In this document: piece after piece, positions 48,597-57,940 of the stretch
How positions within the stretch are numbered: position 1 is the first letter of the stretch
Layout: every line of letters begins with the position of its first letter
Assembly: GCF_947259545.1 (NCBI RefSeq)
Contig: NZ_CAMYMK010000003.1
Coordinates: forward strand, 57,469-121,468
From: an uncultured Marinobacter sp.
GTDB lineage: Bacteria > Pseudomonadota > Gammaproteobacteria > Pseudomonadales > Oleiphilaceae
Reading direction: 5' to 3'
Length of the DNA: 64,000 nucleotides
The notes under the pieces: model-generated
What the model saw: only the letters and a program-made list of their open reading frames with translations
Told to the model about the DNA's origin: nothing
Databases searched by the model: none
Made by a program: the position numbers and the translations under genes

Positions 48597-48622
48597 GGGC
48601 CGGGGCCTATAGGTCCCGGCCC
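48597..48622. terminator. Hairpin between convergent genes
   Basis: GGGCCGGGGCCT-AT-AGGTCCCGGCCC. Confidence 0.55.
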
Positions 48623-48632
48623 GGGGTTTCAG

Positions 48633-49094
48633 TTAATTATATTGCGAAAATACCCGAGTCTGACCGGTTTCGTTGAACAGGATGACCTTGTAGTGGTCTT
48701 TCCGGTCGCCCACTTCCATACCCGGTGAGCCAAGGGGCATGCCGGGCACGCTTAGCCCTGTGGCTTGCGGCGCTTCCGTGATGAGGCGCTGGATATCGCT
48801 GGCGGGCACATGACCTTCGATGACGTAGTCACCCACGAAAGCCGTGTGGCAACTGGCCAGCGCCGGGGTCAGGCCGGCGTCGATTTTGATTTGGTTGAGG
48901 TCGGTGGTCTCTGTAACGTCGACGTCAAAGCCGTTTTCTTCCAGGTGATCGACCCAGTCGCTGCAGCAGCCGCAGGAAGGGGATTTGTAGACGTGGATGT
49001 TTTCAGCGTCGCCTTCTGCCAGCAACGGGGTGCTGATCATGGTGCTGAGGCCGAAGGCCGCAGCAAGGCCGAAAGCTTTTTTGCGCAGGGTCAT
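48633..49094 (-). CDS. DUF411 (CopG-like) periplasmic metal-binding protein
   Basis: YKSPSCGCCSDW, SCHTA, IEGHVPA, VPGMPLGSPGME. Confidence 0.92.
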   Translation of the reverse strand: MTLRKKAFGLAAAFGLSTMISTPLLAEGDAENIHVYKSPSCGCCSDWVDHLEENGFDVDVTETTDLNQIKIDAGLTPALASCHTAFVGDYVIEGHVPASDIQRLITEAPQATGLSVPGMPLGSPGMEVGDRKDHYKVILFNETGQTRVFSQYN

Positions 49095-49223
49095 GTCTTT
49101 TTCCTCAGTGATGATGGCTGTGATCGTTGTTAGAGGCGCCGGTGGATGATGGCGACAGCCAGAACCACCAGACGATGGCAGCCATCAGTAACAGTCCTCC
49201 GGAATTGACCAGAAGTGTGCCCA

Positions 49224-51833
49224 TCAGTTCCGCTCCTCTTGCTGATTGTCGATGTTTTTGTGACTGCTCCGGAACAACCGCAGGCGGTTGGCGTTGGAGA
49301 CCACAGTGACCGATGACAGGGACATGGCGGCGCCGGCGAGGATCGGGCTCATCAGTATTCCCCAGACAGGGTAAAGCAGGCCGGCGGCCACCGGAATACC
49401 CATTGTGTTGTATACAAACGCCCCAAACAGGTTCTGGTGAATGTTTTTCACTGTTGCGCGGGAGATCTCGATGGCATCGGGCACGCCGTGCAGGGAGCCG
49501 CGCATCAGCGTAATGCCTGCACTTTCGATGGCCACGTCCGTGCCGGTACCAATGGCGAAGCCAACATCAGCGGCCGCCAGGGCCGGCGCATCGTTGATGC
49601 CGTCGCCGACCATGGCGACGGTATAGCCCTTGCCCCGCATTTCACTCACCACCTCGGCCTTGTCTTCCGGCAATACCTCCGCCCGGTAATCGTCGATCCC
49701 AGCCTTGTTAGCGATGGCTCTGGCGGTGGCGTCGACATCGCCGGTGACCATCATCACCCGGATGCCGGCATCGTGCAGGCGCTGTATCGCGGCCTGAGAA
49801 TCCGGTTTGATGGCGTCGGCAACACCAATGACACCGAGGACCTCGTCGCCCAATGCCAGGAACAGCGGGGTGCCCGCCTCTTCGGCAATGGAACCGGCGG
49901 CAGCGGTCAGCTCATCCAGAGCCAGGCCTTCATTTTCCAGCCAGCGCCGGTTGCCCAGGCGCAGGGGGTTGCCATTGAACTCGCCTTTGACGCCTTTGCC
50001 GTTCAGTGCTTCAAAGCCGGACACTTTTTCAGCCTCGACGCCTTCCTCCTTCGCCTTCGCCAGAATCGCTTCCGCGAGCGGGTGTTCCGAGTGCTGTTCC
50101 AGCCCGGCCGCCAGAGCCAACAGGCGCTGTTCATCACCATCGCTGGCATGCACCCGGGTCACCGCCGGATGACCTTCGGTAATGGTGCCGGTCTTGTCCA
50201 GAATCACCAGATCCAGCTTGCCGGCGGTCTGCAGGGCGTCACCCTGACGGATCAATGCCCCGTATTCTGCGGCTTTGCCAACCCCGACCATCACCGACAT
50301 GGGTGTGGCCAGACCCAGAGCACAGGGGCAGGCGATAATTAGCACTGTGGTAGCCGCTACCATCATGTGGACCACCGCAGGTTCCGGCCCGACGTTGTAC
50401 CAGACCAGTGCCGCCACCACGGCAATCAGCATGACCGTGGGCACGAACACCGATGAGATCTTGTCAGCCAGTCGGCCAATGGCGGGTTTGGAACCCTGGG
50501 CTTTTTTTACCAGCTTGATGATCTGGGCCAGCGCGGTTTCGCTGCCGACCCGGGTGGCTTCGTAAATGATTGAACCGTGGGTGTTCAGTGTGCCGGCGGA
50601 GACCTCGTCGCCCTCTGATTTGCTTACCGGCATGGGCTCACCGGTCAGCATGCTCTCATCAATGCGGGTCGAGCCTTCGGCAATCACCCCGTCCACCGGC
50701 AGTTTCTCCCCGGGCCGGACCCGGATGTGATCGCCCTTGCGGACCTCCTCGACGGGAATATCCCGCTCTTCGCCATCACGAATCACCCGGGCGGTTTTCG
50801 CCCGCAGATCCAGTAAGCGGCGCACCGCTTCCGACGTCTTACCCTTGGCCCTCAACTCCAGCGCCTGGCCCAGATTGATCAGGCCGATGATCATCGCTGA
50901 GGCTTCAAAGTACACATGCCGCGCCATCTCCGGCAGGGCGCCGGGTATACTGGCTACCACAATCGAGTAGAGCCAGGCGGTGCCGGTGCCCAGGGCAATC
51001 AGCGTATCCATGTTGGCGTTATGATGCCGAAACGCCTTCCAGGCCCCGGTATAGAAGTGCCCGCCGGTGGCGGCCATGACCACCAGAGTCAGCACCCCCA
51101 GCCCGAGCCAGATGCCCTGATTGGCATCGGTCACCATCATGGTGCCAAAGCCCATGCCCCAGACCATCAGGCCCAGGCCCAGACTCAGGCTGATCGCCAT
51201 CTTGATCAGCAGGGTTTTGTACTGCTTTCGGTCTGCTTCCTGCTTCCGATCGTCCGCCTCGTCCTCATCTTCAATCACACGGGCGCCATAGCCGGCGCTT
51301 TCCACGGCCTTCACCAGCGCCTGGGGGTCTGCGTCACCCGTGGCCGTCGCGGTGTTGTCCGCCAGATTCATATGGGCATGGCTGATACCACCCACCGACA
51401 TCAGCGCCTTCTCAATAGTATTCACGCAGGAGGCGCAGGTAGCACCGGTTACCGACAGATGAACCTGCCCATTTCCAGCAGCGGAAGGCTCAGCCTGAGC
51501 GCTATCAGAGACCGTCTCGGCCGCATCGTCGAAGGGATGATCCGAGTGATCATCGTCGTTTTTGCTATGTTCAGCTTTGGCGGCACAGCAACTGGCGGGC
51601 TCCGGAGTATCTTCGAATGGCTCCGCCGGATAACCCGTCTCGGTCACAATCCGCGCCGCTTCAGCGGCATCCACGCCCTCTGGCAGGGCCACGGTCTGCT
51701 GTTCGAGATCCACTTCCACCAGGTCTGAATCGCCGGTCAGCGGTTCCAGAGCAGCTCGGATCTTCTTTACACAGCCCTGGCACGAGGCCCCGGAAATACT
51801 GAGTGTGGTCTGTAGTACTGGTGCGTCTGTCAT
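49224..51833 (-). CDS. copA: Cu(I)-translocating P1B-1 ATPase
   Basis: Two HMA domains (GASCQGC, GATCASC), [31 protein letters not shown] and MSLSS. Confidence 0.95.
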   Translation of the reverse strand: MTDAPVLQTTLSISGASCQGCVKKIRAALEPLTGDSDLVEVDLEQQTVALPEGVDAAEAARIVTETGYPAEPFEDTPEPASCCAAKAEHSKNDDDHSDHPFDDAAETVSDSAQAEPSAAGNGQVHLSVTGATCASCVNTIEKALMSVGGISHAHMNLADNTATATGDADPQALVKAVESAGYGARVIEDEDEADDRKQEADRKQYKTLLIKMAISLSLGLGLMVWGMGFGTMMVTDANQGIWLGLGVLTLVVMAATGGHFYTGAWKAFRHHNANMDTLIALGTGTAWLYSIVVASIPGALPEMARHVYFEASAMIIGLINLGQALELRAKGKTSEAVRRLLDLRAKTARVIRDGEERDIPVEEVRKGDHIRVRPGEKLPVDGVIAEGSTRIDESMLTGEPMPVSKSEGDEVSAGTLNTHGSIIYEATRVGSETALAQIIKLVKKAQGSKPAIGRLADKISSVFVPTVMLIAVVAALVWYNVGPEPAVVHMMVAATTVLIIACPCALGLATPMSVMVGVGKAAEYGALIRQGDALQTAGKLDLVILDKTGTITEGHPAVTRVHASDGDEQRLLALAAGLEQHSEHPLAEAILAKAKEEGVEAEKVSGFEALNGKGVKGEFNGNPLRLGNRRWLENEGLALDELTAAAGSIAEEAGTPLFLALGDEVLGVIGVADAIKPDSQAAIQRLHDAGIRVMMVTGDVDATARAIANKAGIDDYRAEVLPEDKAEVVSEMRGKGYTVAMVGDGINDAPALAAADVGFAIGTGTDVAIESAGITLMRGSLHGVPDAIEISRATVKNIHQNLFGAFVYNTMGIPVAAGLLYPVWGILMSPILAGAAMSLSSVTVVSNANRLRLFRSSHKNIDNQQEERN

Positions 51834-51839
51834 GGGCGG

Positions 51840-52283
51840 TTACTCCTCAACCTCGTTGGCTGCCCCGGCAGAGGGCGCAGGGTCTTCCCAGTGTTCGATC
51901 AACCGGCAAATGGTGTGTCCATCGGGCGAACCATCCGGCATGTTCTGCCAGGCCGCCATAGCCGCCGTCATCCGCTGGCGCAGCTCCTGCAGCTCACGAA
52001 TTTCCCGTTCCACCTCCGCCAGCCGCTGCTGAAAGACATCCCGTACCATCGGACAGGGCGAATGATGATCATCCGCCTGCTCCAGAATCTGCCGGATCTC
52101 CGGCAGCGAAAAGCCCAGCTGACGGGCCTTGCGGGCAAACCGCAGCCGCCGAAGATCCTCGGCATTGAACTGCTGATAGTTGTTGTCCGGATTGCGGGTC
52201 GGCTTCAACAGATTTTCCCGGGTATAGAACCGCACGGTATCCGGATTCACGCCGGCGGCTTCTGCAATGTCTTTGACTTTCAT
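51840..52283 (-). CDS. MerR family metal-responsive regulator
   Basis: MKVKDIAEAAGVNPDTVRFY, NNYQQF, ARQLGFSLPEI, SPCPMV, GHTICRLIE. Confidence 0.92.
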   Translation of the reverse strand: MKVKDIAEAAGVNPDTVRFYTRENLLKPTRNPDNNYQQFNAEDLRRLRFARKARQLGFSLPEIRQILEQADDHHSPCPMVRDVFQQRLAEVEREIRELQELRQRMTAAMAAWQNMPDGSPDGHTICRLIEHWEDPAPSAGAANEVEE

Positions 52284-52344
52284 AGCCTGTTTCCCACCCC
52301 GAAGTGAATAATGGTCAAAGAAATCCACGACTGAAGTAAGCGGA

Positions 52345-52454
52345 GTGTCAAGGCAGTAACGACTTTCGAAAATGCTCGTAGCCATGGATGGCGGAGAGCA
52401 AGCGTACAGGGACGTATTCACAGCGGTTTTCGGAAGTCGTTACTGCCTTGACAC
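52345..52454 (-). repeat. Variable-stem cloverleaf repeat, copy 6 (more diverged core)
   Basis: 28-bp arms GTGTCAAGGCAGTAACGACTTTCGAAAA with one wobble; core contains GCCATGGATGGCGGAG and ACAGGGACGTATTCACAGCGG. Confidence 0.85.
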
Positions 52455-52478
52455 GGCAAACTCCAATAACTTGAGGAT

Positions 52479-52510
52479 AGCCTAAAACCTGTGAGTAACT
52501 CACAGGTCAA
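52479..52510 (-). promoter_or_regulatory. MerR-type promoter/operator
   Basis: -35 TTGACC, 20-bp spacer, -10-like TAGGCT; dyad ACCTGTGAGT-T-ACTCACAGGT spans the spacer. Confidence 0.8.
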
Positions 52511-52531
52511 AGGTTTTTTAAGAGGAGAGGA

Positions 52532-52846
52532 TTACTGGCTCTTGGCGCGAAGGAACGTACCGCAGGCCTTGCACTGGTCCGGCGCCATCAGCTTTGCCTG
52601 CCAGCCAATCTTGCGACCACAGGCCGGACACGCCAACCGCAGCTGAAGTACAATAATTGGCGTGATCAGCACCGCGATCAGAACTCCGAGCGGGCCCCAG
52701 CTTTCATCGCTGGACAGGCCCAACTGGCTGCTGAACACCAGAATGATCGTCAGGGCCACGAAGGCAAAAACAAAATAATTCCGATTCCAGCGTTCCCACT
52801 GGCGGATTTTCCGGTCTTGTTCAGGCGTCAGGTAGCGGCTTGTCAT
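52532..52846 (-). CDS. Small two-TM protein with C-terminal CxxC...CxxC zinc-ribbon-like motif
   Basis: Two hydrophobic helices; CPACG...CKACG. Confidence 0.7.
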   Translation of the reverse strand: MTSRYLTPEQDRKIRQWERWNRNYFVFAFVALTIILVFSSQLGLSSDESWGPLGVLIAVLITPIIVLQLRLACPACGRKIGWQAKLMAPDQCKACGTFLRAKSQ

Positions 52847-52898
52847 GGAGTCTTACCTTGCTGGGAATTGTCCGAAGTCGATGGTTAAAGGTAGCTGG

Positions 52899-55166
52899 TC
52901 AGATGCGGGAATCCGCCGGAATATCGGTAACCATGGTACCTTCGCGCAGGGCTTTTTCCAGAGAGGCCGCGGGAACGGGCCGGCTGATCAGGTAGCCTTG
53001 GGCCAGGTCGCAATGATGATCCTTGAGGAACGCCAGCTGCTCCATGGTCTCAACCCCTTCCGCCACAACACGGATACCGAGATTGTGGGCCAGATTGATC
53101 ACCGCCCGGGTGATCACTGCATCGTCGTGTCGCTCGGTGACCTCGGTAATGAACGAACGGTCAATCTTAAGCAGATCTACGGGGAAGTCCCGCAAATAGC
53201 CCAGTGATGAATAGCCAACCCCGAAGTCATCAATGGCAAGGTGCACACCAAGTTTGTGTAACCGGGACAACTGGTTGAGGTTGTGTTCGATGTTCTGGAT
53301 AAAAATTTCCTCGGTCAGCTCCACTTCCAATTGTCCCGGTGGCACATTGTGGGCTTCCAGTGCTTCCTGAATATGGTCCACCAGACCCTCATCATCCAGC
53401 TCACGCCCCGAGAGGTTGACGGCAATGCGCAGCTGTTCGAAAGCGGTGCCACGCCAGCGGGCAAGTTGCTCGCAGGCAGCCATCACAACCCAGCGCCCGA
53501 TCTCGGTGATGCGGCCACTTTCTTCCGCCAACGGAATAAAATCGATGGGTGGCAGTAATCCCCGTTGCGGGTGTTGCCATCGTATCAGCGCCTCCGCGCT
53601 ATGGATCTCGGCGCTTTCCAGGTCGACCTGCGGCTGGAAGTGAAGTACGAATTCGTTGTTGGCAAGGGCCTGGCTAAGGTCCTTGTCCAGCTCCAGGCGC
53701 ATGACTTCCCGCTCCTGCATGCCCTCGGTGTAGAACTGGTAGGTATTGCGTCCCTGGTCCTTGGCGCGATACAGGGCAATATCCGCGTTACGGAGCAGGG
53801 TGTCGGTATCCAGGCCGCTCTGCGGGTAGAGGGCAATGCCCATGGTGGCGGTGATGCCGTGGGCCTGGTTCTGCACCTCGAAAGGCTCTGCGAAACATTG
53901 CTTGATCTGACCCAACAGATAAATGACGTCGTCCAGACTGTCGACATGCTGCTGGCAGATCATGAACTCATCTCCGCCGGAGTACGCCACCAGGATCTTC
54001 TCGTTGCTCAGGCTGTTCAGGCGCTCTGAAACCTTGATCAGCAGCTCGTCCCCGAACTGATGGCCAAGGGTGTCGTTAAGTACCTGGAAGCGGTCGAGAT
54101 CCATCATCACCAGGGCCACCTGCCGCATCTGGCGGTCGGCGATACTGAGGGTATGGGTAAGGTCTTCCATGAAGAACCGGCGGTTCGCGAGACCAGTCAG
54201 GGCGTCAGTGGATTCCAGCCGGACCAGATCCTGCTGCACTGCCTTGCGCTGGTCTATTTCCAGTTCCAGCTCTTTGCGGGTCTTCAGCAGCGCGCGATTG
54301 CGTTTGAGTACGATCTGAACCAGCAGGGTGGTCAGGCTGATCATAATCCCCATGAACAGAATGGAGATAAACGTGACCCAGGGCCAGATGCTTTTCCGGT
54401 CGTTGACCCAGGTGGTCGACGGAGTAATGCTCAGCGACCAGTCCACTGTCGGCAGGTCGACCTCGACAGTGTGGGAGTAGTCAGTAGCGAATTCCCTGCC
54501 GGCGTTGAGCTCATAGGCAAGGGCGCCGCCTTCAAAAATACTGATATGGAAATCGTCCAGAACCCTGCTGGTCAGTAACTGGCGGGCCAGGGTTTCCATC
54601 AGGAAGACACCGGCAATGAACCCTTTGTTTTCATCACCAGAGTGGACCGGCACATAGATAACCAGGCCCGTGCCGCCCTGTCGAAGATCGACCACACCGG
54701 AAACATCGATGGTGCCGTTGGCTTGCGCGGCCTCCAGCGCTTTGCGGCGCTCCGGGGAAAATGCCACGTTGTAACCAATAACCTCTTCGTTGCCTGATAC
54801 GGGCTCCAGCCAGCGAATCACGAACTGAGGGTCAATCCACTCAAGGGCCTGGTAAACGCCGAAGTCGTCCAGGTAGTTTCTGGCGTCCTGGCTCCAAAGC
54901 TCTTCCGTCATGTCCGGGTTGGCTTCAAGGCGTTTTGCCATGCGGCGAATGGCCTGCACATGAGCCAGGAATTCCCGCTCCAGGTTAACGGCCACGGCCT
55001 GGGCCTCATTGGCCAGATTGTTCTCAAGCTGGTGCCGGTCCTGCCTGTCGATGCCGAATTTCAGAACGGAAGCGATTCCGAGAAAGAGGACAAGAATCAG
55101 TACTGGAAAAACAGGGTGCAGAAGTCCTTTGACGACTTTGTTTGTCTCTGATTCTCGTTTTTCCAC
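52899..55166 (-). CDS. CHASE-GGDEF-EAL membrane c-di-GMP enzyme
   Basis: TM-flanked periplasmic domain (IGYNVAFSPERRKAL), DALTGLANRR, SGGDEF, EALIRWQHP, IDDFGVGYSSL. Confidence 0.92.
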   Translation of the reverse strand: MEKRESETNKVVKGLLHPVFPVLILVLFLGIASVLKFGIDRQDRHQLENNLANEAQAVAVNLEREFLAHVQAIRRMAKRLEANPDMTEELWSQDARNYLDDFGVYQALEWIDPQFVIRWLEPVSGNEEVIGYNVAFSPERRKALEAAQANGTIDVSGVVDLRQGGTGLVIYVPVHSGDENKGFIAGVFLMETLARQLLTSRVLDDFHISIFEGGALAYELNAGREFATDYSHTVEVDLPTVDWSLSITPSTTWVNDRKSIWPWVTFISILFMGIMISLTTLLVQIVLKRNRALLKTRKELELEIDQRKAVQQDLVRLESTDALTGLANRRFFMEDLTHTLSIADRQMRQVALVMMDLDRFQVLNDTLGHQFGDELLIKVSERLNSLSNEKILVAYSGGDEFMICQQHVDSLDDVIYLLGQIKQCFAEPFEVQNQAHGITATMGIALYPQSGLDTDTLLRNADIALYRAKDQGRNTYQFYTEGMQEREVMRLELDKDLSQALANNEFVLHFQPQVDLESAEIHSAEALIRWQHPQRGLLPPIDFIPLAEESGRITEIGRWVVMAACEQLARWRGTAFEQLRIAVNLSGRELDDEGLVDHIQEALEAHNVPPGQLEVELTEEIFIQNIEHNLNQLSRLHKLGVHLAIDDFGVGYSSLGYLRDFPVDLLKIDRSFITEVTERHDDAVITRAVINLAHNLGIRVVAEGVETMEQLAFLKDHHCDLAQGYLISRPVPAASLEKALREGTMVTDIPADSRI

Positions 55167-55230
55167 ACATCACTCCGGTCTGGTGCACCAACAACAGTAT
55201 CTATCGGCAGGTTGTGCTCAATTATGGGGG

Positions 55231-56532
55231 TTACGGGCGGTCACCGGCCACTAATTGTTGTATGCGTCCCTGTAACGAGATGCCGAAAGCACCGTCGGGC
55301 AGGGGGCGTAAAATAACAGATTGTGTGTCGTCCGGACGCTGCGACAGATCCAGAACCCTGGGCGTGACCGGATTCTTGTCAGTATCCAGCAGTACCTCGA
55401 TTCGGGGTTTCAGTTTCTTGCCGGGATGAGTGGCGACAATCAGCGCGACTTCCCCCGACGACAGTTCTACCAAACTTCCCGGCGGATAAATACCGATCAT
55501 TCGAATAAAGGCCTCGACCATCTCCGTGTCGAATTGCTGCCCCCGGTTGCTGTACAGGATGCGCATGGCATCGGAGGTTGGCAGGCCATCGCGATAACAT
55601 CGGTCGCTGGTAATGGCATCGAATGCGTCGACGATGGAAACCAGCCGCGCAAAGCGACTGATCTGTGGTTCTTCCAGTTGATGGGGGTAGCCAAGCCCGT
55701 CAATGCGCTCATGGTGGTGAACGCTGACGTCACTGATGATGGTATCCACATCCGGGTCCTGCTTCAGCAGGTCATAGCCCAGGGTCGTGTGTTTCTGCAT
55801 AACACTGAATTCGTTGGGGCTGAGGGCACCTGGTTTGTTGAGTATTGATGCCGGTACCTTGAGTTTGCCGATGTCGTGGAGCAGGCCACACAGTCCTGCA
55901 ATCTCCAGATCCTCATCAGGCATGCCCAGAAAACGGGCAAAAGCAACGGTGAAGACGGCCACCCTCAGACAATGCTCGGCGGTGTAGGCGTTCCGGGACT
56001 TGATTCGGCTCATCCAGAACATGGCACTGGCGTTGGCCTTGATGCTGTCCACACAATGTCGAATGATGGGGCGGGCATGTTGAAAATGCAGGTTGTTGTT
56101 GCCCTGTTCAATATCACGGATTACCCGCTCGATAAACGTGCGGGTTTTGTGCCACGTTGCCTTGGCCCTGGGAATTTCTTCCAGCAGCGAACGGGTTTCT
56201 GCCATGGGCGCTGTCGTGCGTTTTCGCTGCCGCGCGAGCTTGTCGATGACAGGAGCCAGGCGCACCTCTTCATCTTCCACCATAACCCATTCACAGTAGT
56301 GCCTCAGAACCTGGGCCTGGCCTGGATCGGTAAGGATAAATCCCTGGAACAGAACGGGGACCTCCGTCCACGGTCGGTCCAGTTTCACGACCTTCATGCC
56401 GATTTCGAGCAGATCGACGGGCAGCTTGACGCGACGCAGGGAGGTAGCTGACCGCCCCGATGGCGCCGCCACCTTGTTGGCGATCGGTCGGGGTGTCGTC
56501 TGTGCCCTGTTGGTTTTGCGTCTGAACCACAT
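55231..56532 (-). CDS. HD-GYP c-di-GMP phosphodiesterase with DUF3391-like N-terminus
   Basis: LEIGMKVVKLDRPW, YTAEHC, LLHDIGK, HHERIDGLGYP, IVDAFDAITSDRCY. Confidence 0.92.
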   Translation of the reverse strand: MWFRRKTNRAQTTPRPIANKVAAPSGRSATSLRRVKLPVDLLEIGMKVVKLDRPWTEVPVLFQGFILTDPGQAQVLRHYCEWVMVEDEEVRLAPVIDKLARQRKRTTAPMAETRSLLEEIPRAKATWHKTRTFIERVIRDIEQGNNNLHFQHARPIIRHCVDSIKANASAMFWMSRIKSRNAYTAEHCLRVAVFTVAFARFLGMPDEDLEIAGLCGLLHDIGKLKVPASILNKPGALSPNEFSVMQKHTTLGYDLLKQDPDVDTIISDVSVHHHERIDGLGYPHQLEEPQISRFARLVSIVDAFDAITSDRCYRDGLPTSDAMRILYSNRGQQFDTEMVEAFIRMIGIYPPGSLVELSSGEVALIVATHPGKKLKPRIEVLLDTDKNPVTPRVLDLSQRPDDTQSVILRPLPDGAFGISLQGRIQQLVAGDRP

Positions 56533-56601
56533 GGCGTTGCCAGTTTCAGGATTGTTTAATCCGAGTATGGCAGAAGGCTGGGGGTTCGAACAGGTCGTGG
56601 G

Positions 56602-57045
56602 TCACGACAGGGAGGCGCCGGTTACCGGTGGTACGCCAAGACGCGGAATTTCCTGTTTGGGGCAGCGATCCATCACCACAGTCAGGCCGGCGGCCTCCGC
56701 TTTCTTCGCACCTTCTTCATTAATCACGCCAACCTGCATCCAAACCACAGGGATGTTGAGCTTTATCGCGGCGTTGATCACCGGTCCGGTGCGTTCCGGT
56801 GCCAGAAACAGTTCCACCATGTCTACCGGTTCAGGCAAGGCGTCGAGATCCGCGTAAACCGTTTCCCCGAGGAGCTGCTGGCCAGCCAGCTTCGGGTTGA
56901 CCGGGATGACGCGGTAACCCCGGCCCTGCATAAAGGCCATCACCTCGTGACTGGGGCGGTGGGTTTTGTCGCTGGCGCCCACAAGGGCAATGGTGCGAAT
57001 ACTGGTTAAAATGGCGCGGATCGCTTCCGGTGTCTGCGTTGGCAT
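56602..57045 (-). CDS. CoA-binding protein (YccU-like)
   Basis: IALVGASDK, VIPVNP, VWMQVGV, VVMDRC. Confidence 0.92.
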   Translation of the reverse strand: MPTQTPEAIRAILTSIRTIALVGASDKTHRPSHEVMAFMQGRGYRVIPVNPKLAGQQLLGETVYADLDALPEPVDMVELFLAPERTGPVINAAIKLNIPVVWMQVGVINEEGAKKAEAAGLTVVMDRCPKQEIPRLGVPPVTGASLS

Positions 57046-57211
57046 GGTTGTATAAGCCCTTTTCGCGGTGTGAGTTGCCGACTGTACCCCGGCTTGCCGG
57101 TGTCTGGAGATGATACTATAGGTCTTTGATCGTCAAGGCTTGCATGTAATAGGATCGCTGTTCAAGGTGCTCACCGGGGTGAGCCGCCTCTAAACTGAAA
57201 AGGACCAGAGT

Positions 57212-57940
57212 ATGGCAGTCTTGACCATGCTGGGAGTGGGCCACTCCGAAGCGATTGACCACTGGAATAACAACGCCATGGTAGAGGCCGGTGACAGGCG
57301 GTTGCTGATTGACGCCGGCTACACCATCAAATTTGCATTACGGGACCGCGGCCTGACTCTGGCCGATGTGGACGCCATTTTTATCACCCACGCCCATGCG
57401 GATCACTGTTTTGGTCTGGAGCGGCTGGGGTACGAGTGCCGATTCCGTTATGGCTTCAAGCCTGTGCTGTATTTACCCCCCGGAGTTTACGAAGAATTGT
57501 GGGAACACACCCTCAAGGGAGTGATGGGGCAAGTGGGCGAAGGGCCGGCGGAGCTGACGGACTTCTTTGATGTGGTGCTGCTGGACGACCGGCCCTTCGA
57601 GTTTGAAGGCGTCCGCTTGCAGCCGTTCCAGAACCGGCATACGCCGGAAAAACCGTCCTACGGCCTGATGCTCAACGATCACCTGCTGTTCAGTGGTGAT
57701 ACCCGCCCGATCCCTGAACTGGTGGCGCAATTCAATCCGCAGACGATTCTGCATGACGCCACCCTGTCGGACTGGAACCCGGTCCATGCTTCGGTTCGCG
57801 AGCTTCGTGAAAACTATCCGGACACCCAGCGTGAGCGAATGTACCTGATGAGCTATGAAGACACGTTCGAGCAACATCGGGCGGAAGTGGAGCAGGAGTT
57901 TGCCGGGTTTGCCCGTCAGGGACAGGAGTTTGCCCTTTGA
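57212..57940 (+). CDS. MBL-fold metallo-phosphodiesterase resembling the Apyc1/RNase Z group
   Basis: MLGVG..NNNA..LLIDAG..ITHAHADHCFGLE..LW..SY..FSGDT..LHDA..VHAS..FARQGQE. Confidence 0.85.
   Translation: MAVLTMLGVGHSEAIDHWNNNAMVEAGDRRLLIDAGYTIKFALRDRGLTLADVDAIFITHAHADHCFGLERLGYECRFRYGFKPVLYLPPGVYEELWEHTLKGVMGQVGEGPAELTDFFDVVLLDDRPFEFEGVRLQPFQNRHTPEKPSYGLMLNDHLLFSGDTRPIPELVAQFNPQTILHDATLSDWNPVHASVRELRENYPDTQRERMYLMSYEDTFEQHRAEVEQEFAGFARQGQEFAL

Noticed and set aside
2155-52454. Cloverleaf repeats as a CRISPR array, tRNA or integron attC array
   Set aside because: Copies are dispersed, with no regular spacers and no cas or intI gene; no tRNA D/T-loop consensus or CCA; no attC RYYYAAC/GTTRRRY ends flanking cassettes
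57212-57940. Phage anti-defence gene (true apyc1) or housekeeping RNase Z
   Set aside because: The context is chromosomal with no phage genes, and the protein is short with no obvious tRNase Z exosite arm; only family resemblance is claimed
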